Made by a program: the position numbers and the translations under genes. A stretch of 61,570 nt of DNA, the filler included. It is 6 parts of 6 records of this genome, joined end to end, with 100 filler letters (N's around TTAATTAATTAA, not from the genome) between each part and the next. Parts side by side here need not be neighbours in the genome. Positions count along the whole stretch, not along the records: positions 24,976 to 31,242 come from SRR31156797_11145; positions 31,343 to 49,759 come from SRR31156797_11148; 4 more parts are not named here. The stretch is one strand, 5' to 3'. The notes beneath the pieces were generated by a model, which ran no database searches, had not been told where the DNA came from, and saw only the letters and a program-made list of their open reading frames with translations. Shown in pieces: positions 30,758 to 40,035 of the stretch (positions within the stretch are counted from its first letter, which is position 1; every line of letters starts with the position of its first letter).

Positions 30758-30778
30758 GACGGCCTATCATTCCGGATC

Positions 30779-31063
30779 ATGGCCGGTTGGGTCTACATCA
30801 TGACCAACAAGCGCAACGGCACGCTCTACGTGGGTGTGACCGGCGACCTTGCACGCCGAGTCCATGAACACAGCGAAAAGGCGGCGGACGGCTTCACCAA
30901 GCGCTACGGTCTGACTCGCCTCATCCATGCCGAACGGCATGACGACATTCGCGATGCGATCCATCGGGAAAAGCGGATCAAACATTGGTCCCGGAAGCAG
31001 AAGCTGACTCTGATCGAGAGCCGCAATCCCGAATGGAAGGATTTATACGATCAGCTGATTTGA
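30779..31063 (+). CDS. Small GIY-YIG nuclease (YhbQ/UPF0213-like)
   Basis: WVYIM...LYVGVT.DL.RR..EH...AI.REK.IK.W...NPEWKDLY; 94 aa from ATG 30779. Confidence 0.92.
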   Translation: MAGWVYIMTNKRNGTLYVGVTGDLARRVHEHSEKAADGFTKRYGLTRLIHAERHDDIRDAIHREKRIKHWSRKQKLTLIESRNPEWKDLYDQLI

Positions 31064-31064
31064 C

Positions 31065-31096
31065 TGGATGCCCCGGGCTGATGCCGGGGCATGACG
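31065..31096 (-). repeat. CGTC-type REP-like palindrome (right of GIY-YIG gene, inverted)
   Basis: TGGATGCCCCGGGCTGATGCCGGGGCATGACG, the reverse complement of the left copy with 3 loop mismatches. Confidence 0.85.
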
Positions 31097-31167
31097 CAAG
31101 GAGTGAAATGCGGAATTATGCTGCCAAGCCCGGTCATGACAGGTGTGGCGTAATGCCATTCCCCATT

Positions 31168-31242
31168 CGTCATTGCCCGGTGAAACCCGGGCAATCCAGC
31201 GGTCCGGAAATTCTGGATGCCCCGGGCTGGCGCCGGGGCATG
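31168..31242. repeat. REPIN-like doublet of two inverted REP-like palindromes
   Basis: CGTCATTGCCCGGTGAAACCCGGGCAATCCA (31168-31198) facing TGGATGCCCCGGGCTGGCGCCGGGGCATG (31214-31242, cut by contig end). Confidence 0.8.
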
Positions 31243-31342
31243 NNNNNNNNNNNNNNNNNNNNNNNNNNNNNNNNNNNNNNNNNNNNTTAATTAATTAANN
31301 NNNNNNNNNNNNNNNNNNNNNNNNNNNNNNNNNNNNNNNNNN
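31243..31342. other. Artificial contig spacer
   Basis: N-run + TTAATTAATTAA + N-run. Confidence 0.99.
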
Positions 31343-34300
31343 TTCTCCCAGCTGGGGATGGGAGACGGACTGTCCAACAACTCGGTCTACTGCATGATGC
31401 GGGACTCGGACGGCTATATCTGGTTCGGAACCTTCAGCGGACTGAACCGCTACGACGGCCAGCATGTCGCCATATTCCGCCCCGAAACGGGACGGAGCGA
31501 CAGCATTAGCGGTTCGGTCATCTTCTCCATCCTTGAGGACGGCCGGCGGAATATCTGGGTCGGAACCGACGGCGGCGGTCTCAATCTTTTCAACAGAAGA
31601 ACCCTCAGCTTCTCTTCCTTCAGAAATGATCCTAACGATCCCGACAGCATGCCCAGCAATCAGGTCTTCGCCCTGGCGGAAGACAGGGACGGGGAGCTCT
31701 GGATCGGGACGGCCGGAGGGGGACTGGCCCTGAAAGAGGAGGGAGGACGATTCGCCACCTTCAACAGCCGGAATTCCGACCTTATCCATGACAGGATAAG
31801 AAAGCTCCACTGCGACGTGAAAGGCATTCTCTGGGTAGGAACGGAAAAGGGACTCTCCCGTTACGATACGAAAGCAGGGCGCTTCCTGAACGACGCGGAG
31901 CCGGAGAGGATCCTCGAAGGGCAGTTTATAAGAGACTTCTACCCCGATGCCGACGGAACCCTCTGGATAGGCACGACCGAAGGACTTTACGCATGGAGAG
32001 ATAACGAACTGTTCCCCCTGCCCATGCCGGAAGAACTGGCCGTCCGGGTCCTTGCCTCCGACGGGGAACGGCTCTGGGTGGGAACCGAGCGTTCGGGGCT
32101 TCTGATCTATTCCTACAAAGAAAGGCGCTGGTCCTGGCTCAGAGAGAGCAACAGCCCCCTCTCTCACGACAAGATCAGGAGCCTCTACAGGGATCCGGGC
32201 GGGCTTGTCTGGATAGGAACCAGAGGGGGAGGAGTCAATCTCTATAACCCCGCGAGCTCGCAGATCAGACGCTATACGGCTGAGGACAGCCCGGGCTATG
32301 CCCTGAGCAATCCCCATATCCGACAGATGATAGAGCGGAAGGACGGAAGCGTATGGATAGGGACCGACGGCGGAGGGATCTCCGTTCTGGACAGGGAGAG
32401 CGGCCGCATCAGCTGGAAAGACGTGGATGACAGAGACTCGCTGACCGAGAACGACCAGGTCTACTCTCTGATGGAGGATTCGGGGGGCACCCTGTGGATC
32501 GGAACCGACGGGGCCGGTCTCTACCGCCTGCCGCCGGGATCATCAGAAATAGGCAGGGCGGAAGCCGTGGAAATGACGATCGCAGGAGACGGGTCCCACA
32601 GACACGGGAGGAACAGCAGGGATACCGTCTGGGCCCTGTACGAGGACTCGGCGGGAGATATCTGGGTGGGAACGGAAAACCGGGGGCTCTTCCGCTTCCG
32701 CAACGGGGAGTGGACCCAGTACAGCCACAATCCCGTTGAGGCCGGCCGGCTCAACGGAACGGCGGTGCGCTGCGTCTTCGAAGACTCGGCGGGCCAGCTC
32801 TGGATCGGCACATGGGACGGAGGGCTCAACCGCTTTGACAAGGACGAGGAGAGCTTCACCAGCTTCGTCCGCTCTCCCGGCTACCCCGGCAGCCTCAGCG
32901 ACAACTCGGTTAACGTGATCTTCGAGGACAGCCTGAAACGCCTGTGGATAGGAACGGCCGGCGGCGGCATCAATATCTATCAGCCCGAGGACCAGATCTT
33001 CCGCAGCATCAATACGAAGAGCGGACTTTCCGGAGACAATGTCTACGGCATCCTGGAGGACGAATCGGATAACATATGGGTATCCACCGACTTCGGACTC
33101 TCCCGCATCTCCCTTCGGAATGAAAGCATCCGCAACCTGAGCCGGGCCGACGGTCTGAACACGGCGGAGTGCAGCGAGAAGGCCTACCTGAAATGCGCCG
33201 ACGGCACCCTGTTCTTCGGCGGCCCCAAGGGCATCAGCAGCTTCCATCCGGAGAGGCTGAAGCTGGGCCGCTCCTTTCACGCGTCCATCCGCGTCACGGG
33301 GCTGGACATACACAACCTGCCGGTGGGGATCGGCCAGGAGATAGACGGCGTGACCATACTGGAGAAGGACATCTCCCTGAAGGATAAGCTCACCCTCCCC
33401 CCCTCGGCGAACAACCTGACCATCCGCTTCTCCATACTCTCCTACATCGATCCCGAGAAGCACCACTTCTCGGTCCAGCTTCTCGGTTTGGACGACCATC
33501 CCCATTTCCTGGGGAACCGGAATGAGATGAGCTACGCCTCCATCCCTCCCGGAAGCTACGAGCTGAGGATCTCGGGAACCGACCATAACGGGCAGAACCT
33601 GGAACGCTCTTTGGGCATACAGATCCTCAAGCCTTTCTGGATGCAGCCCTGGTTTATCGTTTCCTCGGTCTTCCTGGTATTCCTGCTGGCAGCCCTGATC
33701 ATCTGGCTGCGGCTCAGGAGCCTGGAGAGGAACAACGCCCAGCTGCGCAGCTTCACCATGCATATGGAAAAGGCCCGGGAGGAGGAAAGGAAATCGGCGG
33801 CCCGTGAGTATCACGACGAACTGGGACAGCTGCTCACCGCCGTCAAGTTCGACCTCTTCTGGCTCAACGGCCATCCCGATGAAAAAGAGGATGTCCGGAA
33901 GGAAAAGATCGCCTCCCTCCTGGAGATCATCAACGACGCCATCGATTCGGTGCGGGCCCTCTCCACCAACCTCAGGCCCAAGGCCCTGGACAACCTCTCT
34001 CTGGAGGAGGCTCTGGAGTGGCAGAGCCGCCGCTTCCGCAAGAGAACGAGGATCCCCCTGGACCTGCAGATAGACCTGAAAAACGGAAGCGTGGACGACG
34101 AGGACGTAGACCGGAAAACCGCCCTCTTCCGGATGTACCAGGAGGTTCTGACCAACATCATCCGCCATGCGGGAGCCTCGGCGGTACGAGTAAAGGCCTT
34201 CAGCGACGGGGCGTCCCTCTATCTGATCGTCCGGGACAACGGCAGGGGCATATCGAAGAGCTCGAAGAAAAGGGACGACTCCTTCGGCCTGATCGGCATG

Positions 34301-34396
34301 AGGGAGCGCTGCCTCCACTTCAAGGGGAGCTTTCATATTGACAATCATCCCGAAGGGGGTACTATGGTAAGGATCATACTCCCCCTCAAAGGATAG
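31343..34396 (+). CDS. Sensor histidine kinase: periplasmic beta-propeller repeats + Y_Y_Y + TM + HisKA_3/HATPase, 5'-truncated
   Basis: Many D..G.LWIGT.GGGL repeats, one TM helix, AREYHDELGQLL, QE.LTN..RHA, DNGRG, FGLIGMRER. Confidence 0.92.
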   Translation, partial: FSQLGMGDGLSNNSVYCMMRDSDGYIWFGTFSGLNRYDGQHVAIFRPETGRSDSISGSVIFSILEDGRRNIWVGTDGGGLNLFNRRTLSFSSFRNDPNDPDSMPSNQVFALAEDRDGELWIGTAGGGLALKEEGGRFATFNSRNSDLIHDRIRKLHCDVKGILWVGTEKGLSRYDTKAGRFLNDAEPERILEGQFIRDFYPDADGTLWIGTTEGLYAWRDNELFPLPMPEELAVRVLASDGERLWVGTERSGLLIYSYKERRWSWLRESNSPLSHDKIRSLYRDPGGLVWIGTRGGGVNLYNPASSQIRRYTAEDSPGYALSNPHIRQMIERKDGSVWIGTDGGGISVLDRESGRISWKDVDDRDSLTENDQVYSLMEDSGGTLWIGTDGAGLYRLPPGSSEIGRAEAVEMTIAGDGSHRHGRNSRDTVWALYEDSAGDIWVGTENRGLFRFRNGEWTQYSHNPVEAGRLNGTAVRCVFEDSAGQLWIGTWDGGLNRFDKDEESFTSFVRSPGYPGSLSDNSVNVIFEDSLKRLWIGTAGGGINIYQPEDQIFRSINTKSGLSGDNVYGILEDESDNIWVSTDFGLSRISLRNESIRNLSRADGLNTAECSEKAYLKCADGTLFFGGPKGISSFHPERLKLGRSFHASIRVTGLDIHNLPVGIGQEIDGVTILEKDISLKDKLTLPPSANNLTIRFSILSYIDPEKHHFSVQLLGLDDHPHFLGNRNEMSYASIPPGSYELRISGTDHNGQNLERSLGIQILKPFWMQPWFIVSSVFLVFLLAALIIWLRLRSLERNNAQLRSFTMHMEKAREEERKSAAREYHDELGQLLTAVKFDLFWLNGHPDEKEDVRKEKIASLLEIINDAIDSVRALSTNLRPKALDNLSLEEALEWQSRRFRKRTRIPLDLQIDLKNGSVDDEDVDRKTALFRMYQEVLTNIIRHAGASAVRVKAFSDGASLYLIVRDNGRGISKSSKKRDDSFGLIGMRERCLHFKGSFHIDNHPEGGTMVRIILPLKG

Positions 34397-34401
34397 AGAA
34401 C

Positions 34402-35034
34402 GTGCATAAGATCCTGATTGTAGACGACCATCCCCTGGTCCGCCGCGGACTCTGTCAGATTCTCCAGGAGTCGGTACCCTTAATCCGCCTGGACGAGCTG
34501 TCCGAGGGGACGGAGGTAATGCAGCGGATGGGCGCCTGCGACTACGACGTGGTTATCCTGGACATATCCCTCCCCGGCAGGGACGGTCTTGAAGTCCTCA
34601 AGGACATCCATCTTCAGTATCCTCAGATCCCCGTGCTCATCCTCAGCATACAGTCGGAGAGCCAGTACGCCCTGAGGGCCCTCAAGCTGGGAGCCTCGGG
34701 CTGCCTGAACAAGGCCTCGGCCCCGGAGGAACTGGTGGATGCGGTCAGGCAGGTCATCAGGGGGGGACGCTACATCACAGACAAGGTCAGCCAGCTCCTG
34801 CTGGACGACTACCAGGGAGACCACAGCGACCTGCCTCACAAGCAGCTGTCGGAACGGGAGTACCAGGTCATGCTGATGCTGGTGGGCGGGCTCTCCAGCT
34901 CTGAGATTTCCGAGAGGCTGAACCTCAGCATCAAGACGGTCAGCACCTACAGGACGCGCCTTCTCCAGAAAATGAGCCTGAAGAACAACGCCCAGCTAAC
35001 CCATTACGCCATAAAACATAAGCTTATCTCCTGA
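34402..35034 (+). CDS. NarL/UvrY-family response regulator
   Basis: VDDHPLVRRG, LDISLP, LSEREYQV...IKTVSTYR LuxR-type HTH. Confidence 0.95.
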   Translation: MHKILIVDDHPLVRRGLCQILQESVPLIRLDELSEGTEVMQRMGACDYDVVILDISLPGRDGLEVLKDIHLQYPQIPVLILSIQSESQYALRALKLGASGCLNKASAPEELVDAVRQVIRGGRYITDKVSQLLLDDYQGDHSDLPHKQLSEREYQVMLMLVGGLSSSEISERLNLSIKTVSTYRTRLLQKMSLKNNAQLTHYAIKHKLIS

Positions 35035-35056
35035 AAACCCTCCGACCCTCTGAGAA

Positions 35057-35097
35057 TGTAGGACGAGTCCTACAATCATTTCCTATCCTCTCCTACA
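35057..35097. promoter_or_regulatory. Palindromic operator candidate upstream of tctC
   Basis: TGTAGGAC-GA-GTCCTACA (35057-35074) plus extra TCCTA half-sites at 35081 and 35091. Confidence 0.55.
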
Positions 35098-35184
35098 TCC
35101 CGAATCCGGAATCCGCCCTTAGAATGGAGTCAATTCAAGTCCGATATACCCCGATTCGGGGAAGATCACATAAGGAGAATCACA

Positions 35185-36192
35185 ATGAGAAAAACAAGAA
35201 TCGTATCCCTTGTCCTGACTCTGATGCTGGCCTTTACCCTGGGCCTCAGCGCGGAGGGTCAGGCGGATTCAGGCTCGGGAAGCCCCAAGTACCCCAAAGG
35301 AGTACTTGACTTCGTCGCTCCCGGAGGAGCCGGAGGCGGATGGGACCTCACCATCAGAACGACCGCCAAGGTCCTCAAGGACACCGGCCTGGTCAAGGTT
35401 CCCATGCCCGTTAGAAACAATCCCGGCGCCGGCGGTTCGGTCAACCTGGCCAGCCTGCAGGAGAAAGAGGGCTCCGACAAAATCGTCTGCGTCTACTCCT
35501 CTCCCCTTATCCTGACCAAGCTGAACGGCACCACCGATCTGGGTTATACAGACGTTACACCCCTTGCCCGTCTGATCGCCGACTACGCCGCCTTCGTCGT
35601 GGCCGCCGACTCTCCCTACAGGGATATGAATGACGTGATGGACGCCCTGAAAAAGGACATCAAGAGCGTGAAGATCGGAGGCATCTCTTCCGTAGGTTCC
35701 ATGGACCACATCCAGTTCCTGATGATGGCCAAGGCCGCCGGAATCGAAGACCTGAGCGAGATCGACTACGTCAGCTTTGACGACTCCGCTACCGCACAGG
35801 TCCTGGGCGGACACATCGACGTGTACTCCACCGGCCTTTCCGAGGTCCTCGGCCTGATCGAAAGCGGCGACCTGAGAGCCCTGGGCCAGACCGCCGACCA
35901 CAGAGTGGGCGAAGGCGTAGTAGCCGAGATCCCCACCTGTGTCGAGCAGGGAATCGACGCCACCTTCGTCAACTGGAGAGGCCTCTTCGGCGCCCCCGGT
36001 ATGCCCGATTACGCCGTAGAGTACTGGAGAAACACTCTGGCCCAGCTGGTTGAGACCCCCGAGTGGGCGGAAGCCAGAAAGACCAACGGCTGGGACGACG
36101 CCTACCAGGACGCCCCCGAGTTCGACGCGTTCCTGGCCCAGGTCAGCGATGACTACACCACCATCCTGACCGACATCGGAATGATCAAATAA
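35185..36192 (+). CDS. tctC: Tripartite tricarboxylate transporter substrate-binding protein
   Basis: Signal peptide, PGGAGGGWD, NNPGAGG, NWRGLFGAPG (Bug/TctC family). Confidence 0.92.
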   Translation: MRKTRIVSLVLTLMLAFTLGLSAEGQADSGSGSPKYPKGVLDFVAPGGAGGGWDLTIRTTAKVLKDTGLVKVPMPVRNNPGAGGSVNLASLQEKEGSDKIVCVYSSPLILTKLNGTTDLGYTDVTPLARLIADYAAFVVAADSPYRDMNDVMDALKKDIKSVKIGGISSVGSMDHIQFLMMAKAAGIEDLSEIDYVSFDDSATAQVLGGHIDVYSTGLSEVLGLIESGDLRALGQTADHRVGEGVVAEIPTCVEQGIDATFVNWRGLFGAPGMPDYAVEYWRNTLAQLVETPEWAEARKTNGWDDAYQDAPEFDAFLAQVSDDYTTILTDIGMIK

Positions 36193-36207
36193 GATCTGAT
36201 TTCAGGC

Positions 36208-36242
36208 GGGACCCCTCCCTTAAGGGAGGCGGTCCCTTTTTT
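36208..36242 (+). terminator. Hairpin + U-tract between tctC and tctB
   Basis: GGGACC-CCTCCCT-TA-AGGGAGG-C-GGTCCC-TTTTTT. Confidence 0.7.
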
Positions 36243-36258
36243 ATAGCTGGAGGAAACC

Positions 36259-36732
36259 GTGAGTTTATCTGTTTTACCGTCCCTGCTCTTTTTCGTACTG
36301 GGTCTGGTTTATACGACAGCCACCGTCATGCTGCCCGACGCAGCGGTAGGAAGGCCTTTCGAGCCCAAGATCTTTCCCCTTATGCTGGGGATCCTGATGA
36401 TCATCATGTCACTGGCTCTTATCATCCGCGAGCTGAAGGAAGCCCGGAACGCCGAAAGCGGGAACGAGTCCGTTCCCTTCTACAAGGAAGGGGGCATCAA
36501 GAAAATCGCCCTGACCTGTCTGTTCGCCATCATCTACGCCCTGACCTTCGACAAGGCGGGTTACGTTATCAGCACCGTCATCTTCCTTGAGCTGGAGCTG
36601 CTCCTGTTCAACGGTGCCAAAAACTGGAAAGTCAACACGGCTGTGGCAGTCCTGTTCAGCCTGTTTATCTATATCGTCTTTTCCAAGCTCCTGGGCGTCT
36701 ACCTTCCCCTGACCCCGGGCATCTGGATTTAA
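36259..36732 (+). CDS. tctB: TctB family small membrane subunit
   Basis: PKIFP motif, 4-5 TM helices, F..LLGVYLP end. Confidence 0.88.
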   Translation: MSLSVLPSLLFFVLGLVYTTATVMLPDAAVGRPFEPKIFPLMLGILMIIMSLALIIRELKEARNAESGNESVPFYKEGGIKKIALTCLFAIIYALTFDKAGYVISTVIFLELELLLFNGAKNWKVNTAVAVLFSLFIYIVFSKLLGVYLPLTPGIWI

Positions 36733-36742
36733 GGAGTCTTTC

Positions 36743-38245
36743 ATGGATACATTTGCATTTCTGTTAGACGGATTCGGCGTGGCCCTGGCTCCCATCAACA
36801 TCATGTGGGTGACCATCGGCGGCCTCCTGGGAACCATCATCGGCATGCTTCCCGGTCTGGGACCGGCCACGGGCGTGGCCGTACTGCTTCCCCTGACCTT
36901 CTCCATGGGCCCCACGGCGGCCCTGATCACCATGGGGGGCGTCTACTACGGCGCCATGTTCGGCGGCTCGAGGGCCTCCATCCTGATCAACACACCCGGC
37001 GACGGCGCGGCTGTCGCCGCCACCTTCGACGGCTATCCCATGACCAAACAGGGACGGGCCGAATCGGCTCTGGCCATCTCGGCCATCGCCTCCTTCATCG
37101 GCGGCATCTTCGCCACCATCTGTATGGTCGCCGTGGCCATCCCCGTGGCCCGCTTCGCCCTGAAGTTCGGACCCGCCGAGTACTTTATGCTCTTCCTCTT
37201 CGCCCTGTCCGCCACGGCCTCCATGACCGAGGGGAACAGGCTGAGGGGATTCATCGCCACCATCATGGGCCTGATGATCGCCACCATCGGCATCGACGGC
37301 CAGTCCGGGGTCATCCGCTTCACCATGGGCATCCTGGAACTCCAGAGCGGCATCGACTTCCTGATCGTCATCATCGCCGTCTACGCCCTGGGTGAGGTGT
37401 TCAAGAGCTTCAAGAGCATCGACTCCGGCAAGGCCACGGTTCAGAAGAACTTCGGCAAGATCTGGATCAGCATGGACGAGTGGAAGCGTTCGGTGTGGCC
37501 CATCCTCCGTTCCGCGCCCCTGGGATTCTTCGTGGGAGCCCTGCCCGGCGCCGGCGGAACCATGGCCGCCCTGATGTCCTACAACAACGAAAAACAGATC
37601 TCGAAGCATCCTGAGGAGTTCGGAGAGGGAGCCATTGAGGGCCTCGCCGCCCCCGAGTCGGCCAATAACGCCGCCTCCGTCGGAGCCATGATCCCCATGC
37701 TCACCCTGGGCATCCCCGGTTCGGGAACCACAGCGGTCATGATGGGAGCCCTCCTCCTCCTGGGCCTTCAGCCCGGCCCCATGCTCTTCCAGCAGCAGCC
37801 TCTGATCGTCTGGGGCCTCATCGCCTCCATGTTCGTGGGCAACATCATCCTGGCGGTTATGAACATCCCCCTGGCGGGTCTTCTGGTGCGGGTTCTCTCG
37901 GTCCCCCCCAAGATCCTCTATCCCATCGTTCTGGGCCTCTCCTTCGTGGGAGCCTACGCCATCAGCTACAGCGTCATGGATTTCTACCTGCTCATCGGAT
38001 TCGGCCTTCTGGGTTACTTCATGAGCAAGAACAAGTTCCCCGCCACCCCCATGATCCTGGCGGTCATCGTGGGCAACAACATGGAACAGTCCTTCCGCCG
38101 GGCCTATAAGATCGCGGACGGAGACATCGGAATCTTCTTCGGTTCCCCCATCTGCCTGATCCTCTTCAGCCTGACGGTCGTCTCCATCGCATACCCCCTT
38201 GTCAAATCCCTTATGGGCAGACGCAAGGCGGCGGCGACGGCATAA
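36743..38245 (+). CDS. tctA: TctA family large membrane subunit
   Basis: [29 protein letters not shown] motifs. Confidence 0.95.
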   Translation: MDTFAFLLDGFGVALAPINIMWVTIGGLLGTIIGMLPGLGPATGVAVLLPLTFSMGPTAALITMGGVYYGAMFGGSRASILINTPGDGAAVAATFDGYPMTKQGRAESALAISAIASFIGGIFATICMVAVAIPVARFALKFGPAEYFMLFLFALSATASMTEGNRLRGFIATIMGLMIATIGIDGQSGVIRFTMGILELQSGIDFLIVIIAVYALGEVFKSFKSIDSGKATVQKNFGKIWISMDEWKRSVWPILRSAPLGFFVGALPGAGGTMAALMSYNNEKQISKHPEEFGEGAIEGLAAPESANNAASVGAMIPMLTLGIPGSGTTAVMMGALLLLGLQPGPMLFQQQPLIVWGLIASMFVGNIILAVMNIPLAGLLVRVLSVPPKILYPIVLGLSFVGAYAISYSVMDFYLLIGFGLLGYFMSKNKFPATPMILAVIVGNNMEQSFRRAYKIADGDIGIFFGSPICLILFSLTVVSIAYPLVKSLMGRRKAAATA

Positions 38246-38371
38246 TCTCTCCTTTGTCTTCCGGCCCGGGTTTCCATCATTTCCCGGGCCGGCCTTTTCC
38301 CCGTTTCTTTCTGAAAAGCTATAGATGATCTTCCTTGTGATTTTCCTCTCTCTGAAATAGACTTTCTATAT

Positions 38372-39607
38372 ATGTTTGAACTGTTCCACAGCAGAACCCT
38401 GATCCTCGTCAACATCCCCATGGCCCTGGTCTTCAGCGTCCTCGTCCTTGTAGTCAGAATCAACTTCCCCCGACGCTTCAGGGGCGGGCTGTTCTGGTTC
38501 CTCTCCCTCTTCCTGCCCGCTCTGGCCCTGGTCATAGGCTTCTTCCAGGCGCCCCCGCCTCCCCCCCGGGGGCTGACCGGCCTGAATCCCGTTCATACGC
38601 GCCTGCTGATCGACTCCAGAGATCCCATGCAGCATCTTGCGACCATCCTATACGTCCTGGGCAATATATTCCTTGAGGCGGGCTGGCGGCAGTTTTACGG
38701 CAACCGCTACAGACAGTTCCTCGTGATCACCTTCGCCCTGTCGGTTCTGCTGGTTCCCCCTTTCATCAGGGACTTCAGGATCCACCCCGACCTGATTGTC
38801 AGCTTCTTCAACCTCTTCGTCATCCTCTCCCTCTGCGTCTACCTCTTCAGGAAGCGTCGGGAGCATCATGTCTACAGCTCCCTGACCCAGGTGATCCTGG
38901 CCTCTCTCGCCCTGGGCTCCGTCCTGTTTCCCGTGGTCATCCTTATCAGGAGCCCCGAGTACCACTATCCCTATTTCTTCATCCCCCTCTTCTCCCTCTC
39001 CTATATGTTCCGCAACAGTTTCGTCCTGCTGACGGTCTACACAGCCGTGATGCATCGCTTCAAGGTGGACCTGAGGGCGGAGATGGAGAGAAAGGAGGAA
39101 CTCCTCAAGGAGGTGGAGCAATTGGCCGTCACTGATGCCCTGACGGGCCTGTTCAACCGAAGGGGATTCGAGCAGTTCATGGAGTATGAGTTCAAGCAGA
39201 GCCGCCGGGAGGAGTCTGTTTTTTCCGTCAGCCTGGGAGATATCGATCTCTTCAAAACGGTCAACGATACCTGGGGACACGACTGCGGCGACTACGTGAT
39301 ACAGACCGTAGCCCAAACGATCAGAAGGAGCGTAAGGGAACAGGACTGCCTCGCCCGCTGGGGAGGAGAGGAGTTCATTCTCATGCTCAAGGGGCGGATA
39401 AAGGACACGGCGGCGGTGATAGACAGGATACGGAAGGAGATAGAGAGCACCGACTTCCGCTACAACGATGAGACCTTCCGGGTGACCGTCAGCTTCGGCA
39501 TCGCCGAGATGAGCGGCGGCGACGAGGGCTATGAGAAGTCGGTGATCCAGGCGGACAGGATGCTCTACCGGGCCAAGGAGCAGGGTAGGAACAGGGTCGA
39601 GTTCTGA
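38372..39607 (+). CDS. Membrane diguanylate cyclase
   Basis: Multi-TM N-terminus, TDALTGLFNRR, REQD I-site, RWGGEEF. Confidence 0.92.
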   Translation: MFELFHSRTLILVNIPMALVFSVLVLVVRINFPRRFRGGLFWFLSLFLPALALVIGFFQAPPPPPRGLTGLNPVHTRLLIDSRDPMQHLATILYVLGNIFLEAGWRQFYGNRYRQFLVITFALSVLLVPPFIRDFRIHPDLIVSFFNLFVILSLCVYLFRKRREHHVYSSLTQVILASLALGSVLFPVVILIRSPEYHYPYFFIPLFSLSYMFRNSFVLLTVYTAVMHRFKVDLRAEMERKEELLKEVEQLAVTDALTGLFNRRGFEQFMEYEFKQSRREESVFSVSLGDIDLFKTVNDTWGHDCGDYVIQTVAQTIRRSVREQDCLARWGGEEFILMLKGRIKDTAAVIDRIRKEIESTDFRYNDETFRVTVSFGIAEMSGGDEGYEKSVIQADRMLYRAKEQGRNRVEF

Positions 39608-39649
39608 AAGACGGACTCTTCTTCCCTAAACCTGTGCCCTCTCACCCGA

Positions 39650-39856
39650 TCAATTGGTAAAAAAGTCAAACAGATTACCCAGGGCGCTGCTCTCGGCCTT
39701 ATAGAGTTCTGTAAACCGGCACCGGGTACAGCTGACGGTGGTAAACTTCTTATTCTGCACGTCGAAAACCTTGGCGAAACCGCCGCCCGTCGCGGCGAAC
39801 TGATCGGTTTCATAGCCTGTATTTCCGCATTTCGGACATCTCCAGTTATTCTGCAT
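39650..39856 (-). CDS. Zinc-ribbon protein (DUF2082-like)
   Basis: CPKCG...FDVQNKKF..VSCTRC..TELY; GAGGGAG RBS. Confidence 0.85.
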   Translation of the reverse strand: MQNNWRCPKCGNTGYETDQFAATGGGFAKVFDVQNKKFTTVSCTRCRFTELYKAESSALGNLFDFFTN

Positions 39857-39971
39857 AAAACACTCCCTCAAGTCAGATCACCCTATTATAGAGAAGAGGC
39901 GGCGGAGAGAAAAGGTGAACTGCCTTTTACATAAAACTCGTTATGGGAATAAGTTAGAACAATATGCTATA

Positions 39972-40000
39972 TTAACACCCAATCCGAAATATGTTATAAT
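39972..40000 (+). promoter_or_regulatory. Sigma70-like promoter for the kamA-selenium operon
   Basis: TTAACA-17 nt-TATAAT with an extended -10 TG, in an AT-rich intergenic gap. Confidence 0.5.
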
Positions 40001-40035
40001 AATGCCCCTACATTTAAGAAAGCAAGGAGACCTAT

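Noticed and set aside
31358-33250. Repeated TGGAT(C/A)GG motifs resembling an array
   Set aside because: They encode the WIGT beta-propeller repeats of the sensor kinase; no CRISPR-like repeat-spacer structure was seen anywhere in the window.
32543-34348. Long antisense or alternate-frame ORFs (e.g. 601 aa here, 55217-56584, 60107-61528, 45162-46355)
   Set aside because: Shadow ORFs of GC-rich genes; they overlap well-supported CDSs and have no recognisable motifs.
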